A DNA stretch of 64,000 bases, taken from IMG/VR virus record IMGVR_UViG_3300012274_000057, positions 62,001-126,000 of that record. One strand, 5' to 3'. The translations under genes and the position numbers were made by a program. Of the stretch, positions 63,000 through 64,000 are shown piece by piece (the stretch's first letter is position 1; every line of letters starts with the position of its first letter). The notes under the pieces are model-generated. The model was not told the origin of the DNA. It saw only the letters and a list, made by a program, of their open reading frames with translations, and ran no database searches. The stretch is from an uncultured virus (IMG/VR IMGVR_UViG_3300012274_000057). Taxonomy: Duplodnaviria > Heunggongvirae > Uroviricota > Caudoviricetes.

Positions 63000-64000
63000 A
63001 TGGCACAGAAAAGACAAATAAGAACAGCAAGAGCTGTTACTAAAAAAGAAGATATTGATTATTTAGTTAATATAAAAGAAGAAGATATTACAACAAGTTT
63101 TATAATGGATACATTTGCAGAATTTAATGGTAAAACTAGATTTGATCCATATGATACTATAACTATACCTCCTGGTTCTTATGGTCCAGAAGGAAAAAAG
63201 AATAAAAATTCATTTGACACAACAGTAGGATTATGGATTTTTAATAAATATTTTATAGAGAAAGATTTATTTAATTTATTTTTACCAAGTGGATATATAA
63301 ATAAGTCTATAGATAAGAAAACTTTTGGAATGATAAATACCAAATTATCCAGGGCGATATTAGAAGATGATATAGAATTAGAAGCATCAAAAAGATATTT
63401 AATGAAAACACAAAAGAGTATGCCTTATGTTAGTATATTATCTCCTAGCCATACATTAAGTTTATTATTAAGTCCTAAAGAAATAGAAAAAAAGAAAAAA
63501 GAACTAGCTAAAAAATATGCTAAAGAGTTAGAAGCAGGAGACGAAATAGTAGCGGAAAAAATAGAAACAGAGTTATTAGAATTTGCTAAGAGTTTTCTGG
63601 CAGGAGACCCTTCTATGGATTTCTATAATTCAGGAGCCAGAGGCTCATTTGGAAATAACTTTAAAAATATGTATGTAATGAAGGGTGCAATCAAAGATCC
63701 AGATCCAAACAAAGGTTATAATATCGCAATGTCAAATTATATGAATGGCATATCTAGAGAAGAATATGCAACATTCGCAAACTCATTAGCAGCTGGTCCT
63801 TATGCTAGAGGAAAGAAAACAGAAATCGGTGGTTATATGGAAAAACTATATTTATCGGCATTTCAACATATCACTTTAGACAAGCCTGGTTCAGATTGTC
63901 ATACTGATCAATATATAGAAGTTTTATTAGAAGGAAAATCAATAGATGATTATATGTATTCATATGTAATAGACGGAAATAATCTTGTAGAATTAACTTC
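63000..64000 (+). CDS. RNA polymerase beta' C-terminal-part subunit (partial, runs off window; probably virion RNAP)
   Basis: Hand translation MAQKRQIR...TTVGLWIFN...YNSGARGS...SNYMNGIS.EEY...GPYARGKKTEIGGYMEKL...SDC matches RpoC funnel and bridge-helix region; GAGGAGG RBS. Confidence 0.88.
   Translation, partial: MAQKRQIRTARAVTKKEDIDYLVNIKEEDITTSFIMDTFAEFNGKTRFDPYDTITIPPGSYGPEGKKNKNSFDTTVGLWIFNKYFIEKDLFNLFLPSGYINKSIDKKTFGMINTKLSRAILEDDIELEASKRYLMKTQKSMPYVSILSPSHTLSLLLSPKEIEKKKKELAKKYAKELEAGDEIVAEKIETELLEFAKSFLAGDPSMDFYNSGARGSFGNNFKNMYVMKGAIKDPDPNKGYNIAMSNYMNGISREEYATFANSLAAGPYARGKKTEIGGYMEKLYLSAFQHITLDKPGSDCHTDQYIEVLLEGKSIDDYMYSYVIDGNNLVELT

Noticed and set aside
1..64000. Stop-codon reassignment, tRNA or rRNA genes
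   Set aside because: Genes are intact under the standard code with TAA, TAG and TGA all used as stops; no cloverleaf or rRNA-like stretch recognised by eye (tRNAscan not run)

Overview
A very AT-rich, gene-dense segment (standard genetic code) that reads as part of a jumbo myophage of the phiKZ/AR9-like, multisubunit-RNA-polymerase type. The host is probably a low-GC Gram-positive bacterium, judging from strong AGGAGG-type RBSs and SH3, GH73 and M23 cell-wall domains. The window holds: two split RNAP subunits (large beta-like 33835-38340; beta'-C-like 63000->64000, probably the virion enzyme); a virion module (four paralogous head proteins, baseplate-like proteins, a 3193-aa tape-measure/lysin); nucleotide genes (dcd, thyX, tmk); nucleases (RusA, RNase H, DEDDh exonuclease, HNH-like pair, FEN-like); an adenine methyltransferase; a kinase-like protein; and blocks of small early genes. 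Two promoter motifs are visible by eye: AACA-N6-T(A/G) before structural or late genes and TATATATTAT before early genes. Intrinsic terminators are abundant. The most unusual non-coding structures are (i) three ~115-bp-spaced promoter/anti-RBS/terminator units at 48.36-48.70 kb that look like antisense small RNA genes, (ii) ~135-bp inverted repeats bracketing a divergent gene pair at 44.8-46.6 kb, and (iii) a small gene enclosed in a long-range stem at 15.0-15.3 kb. All functional calls come from motif recognition by eye; no searches were run.
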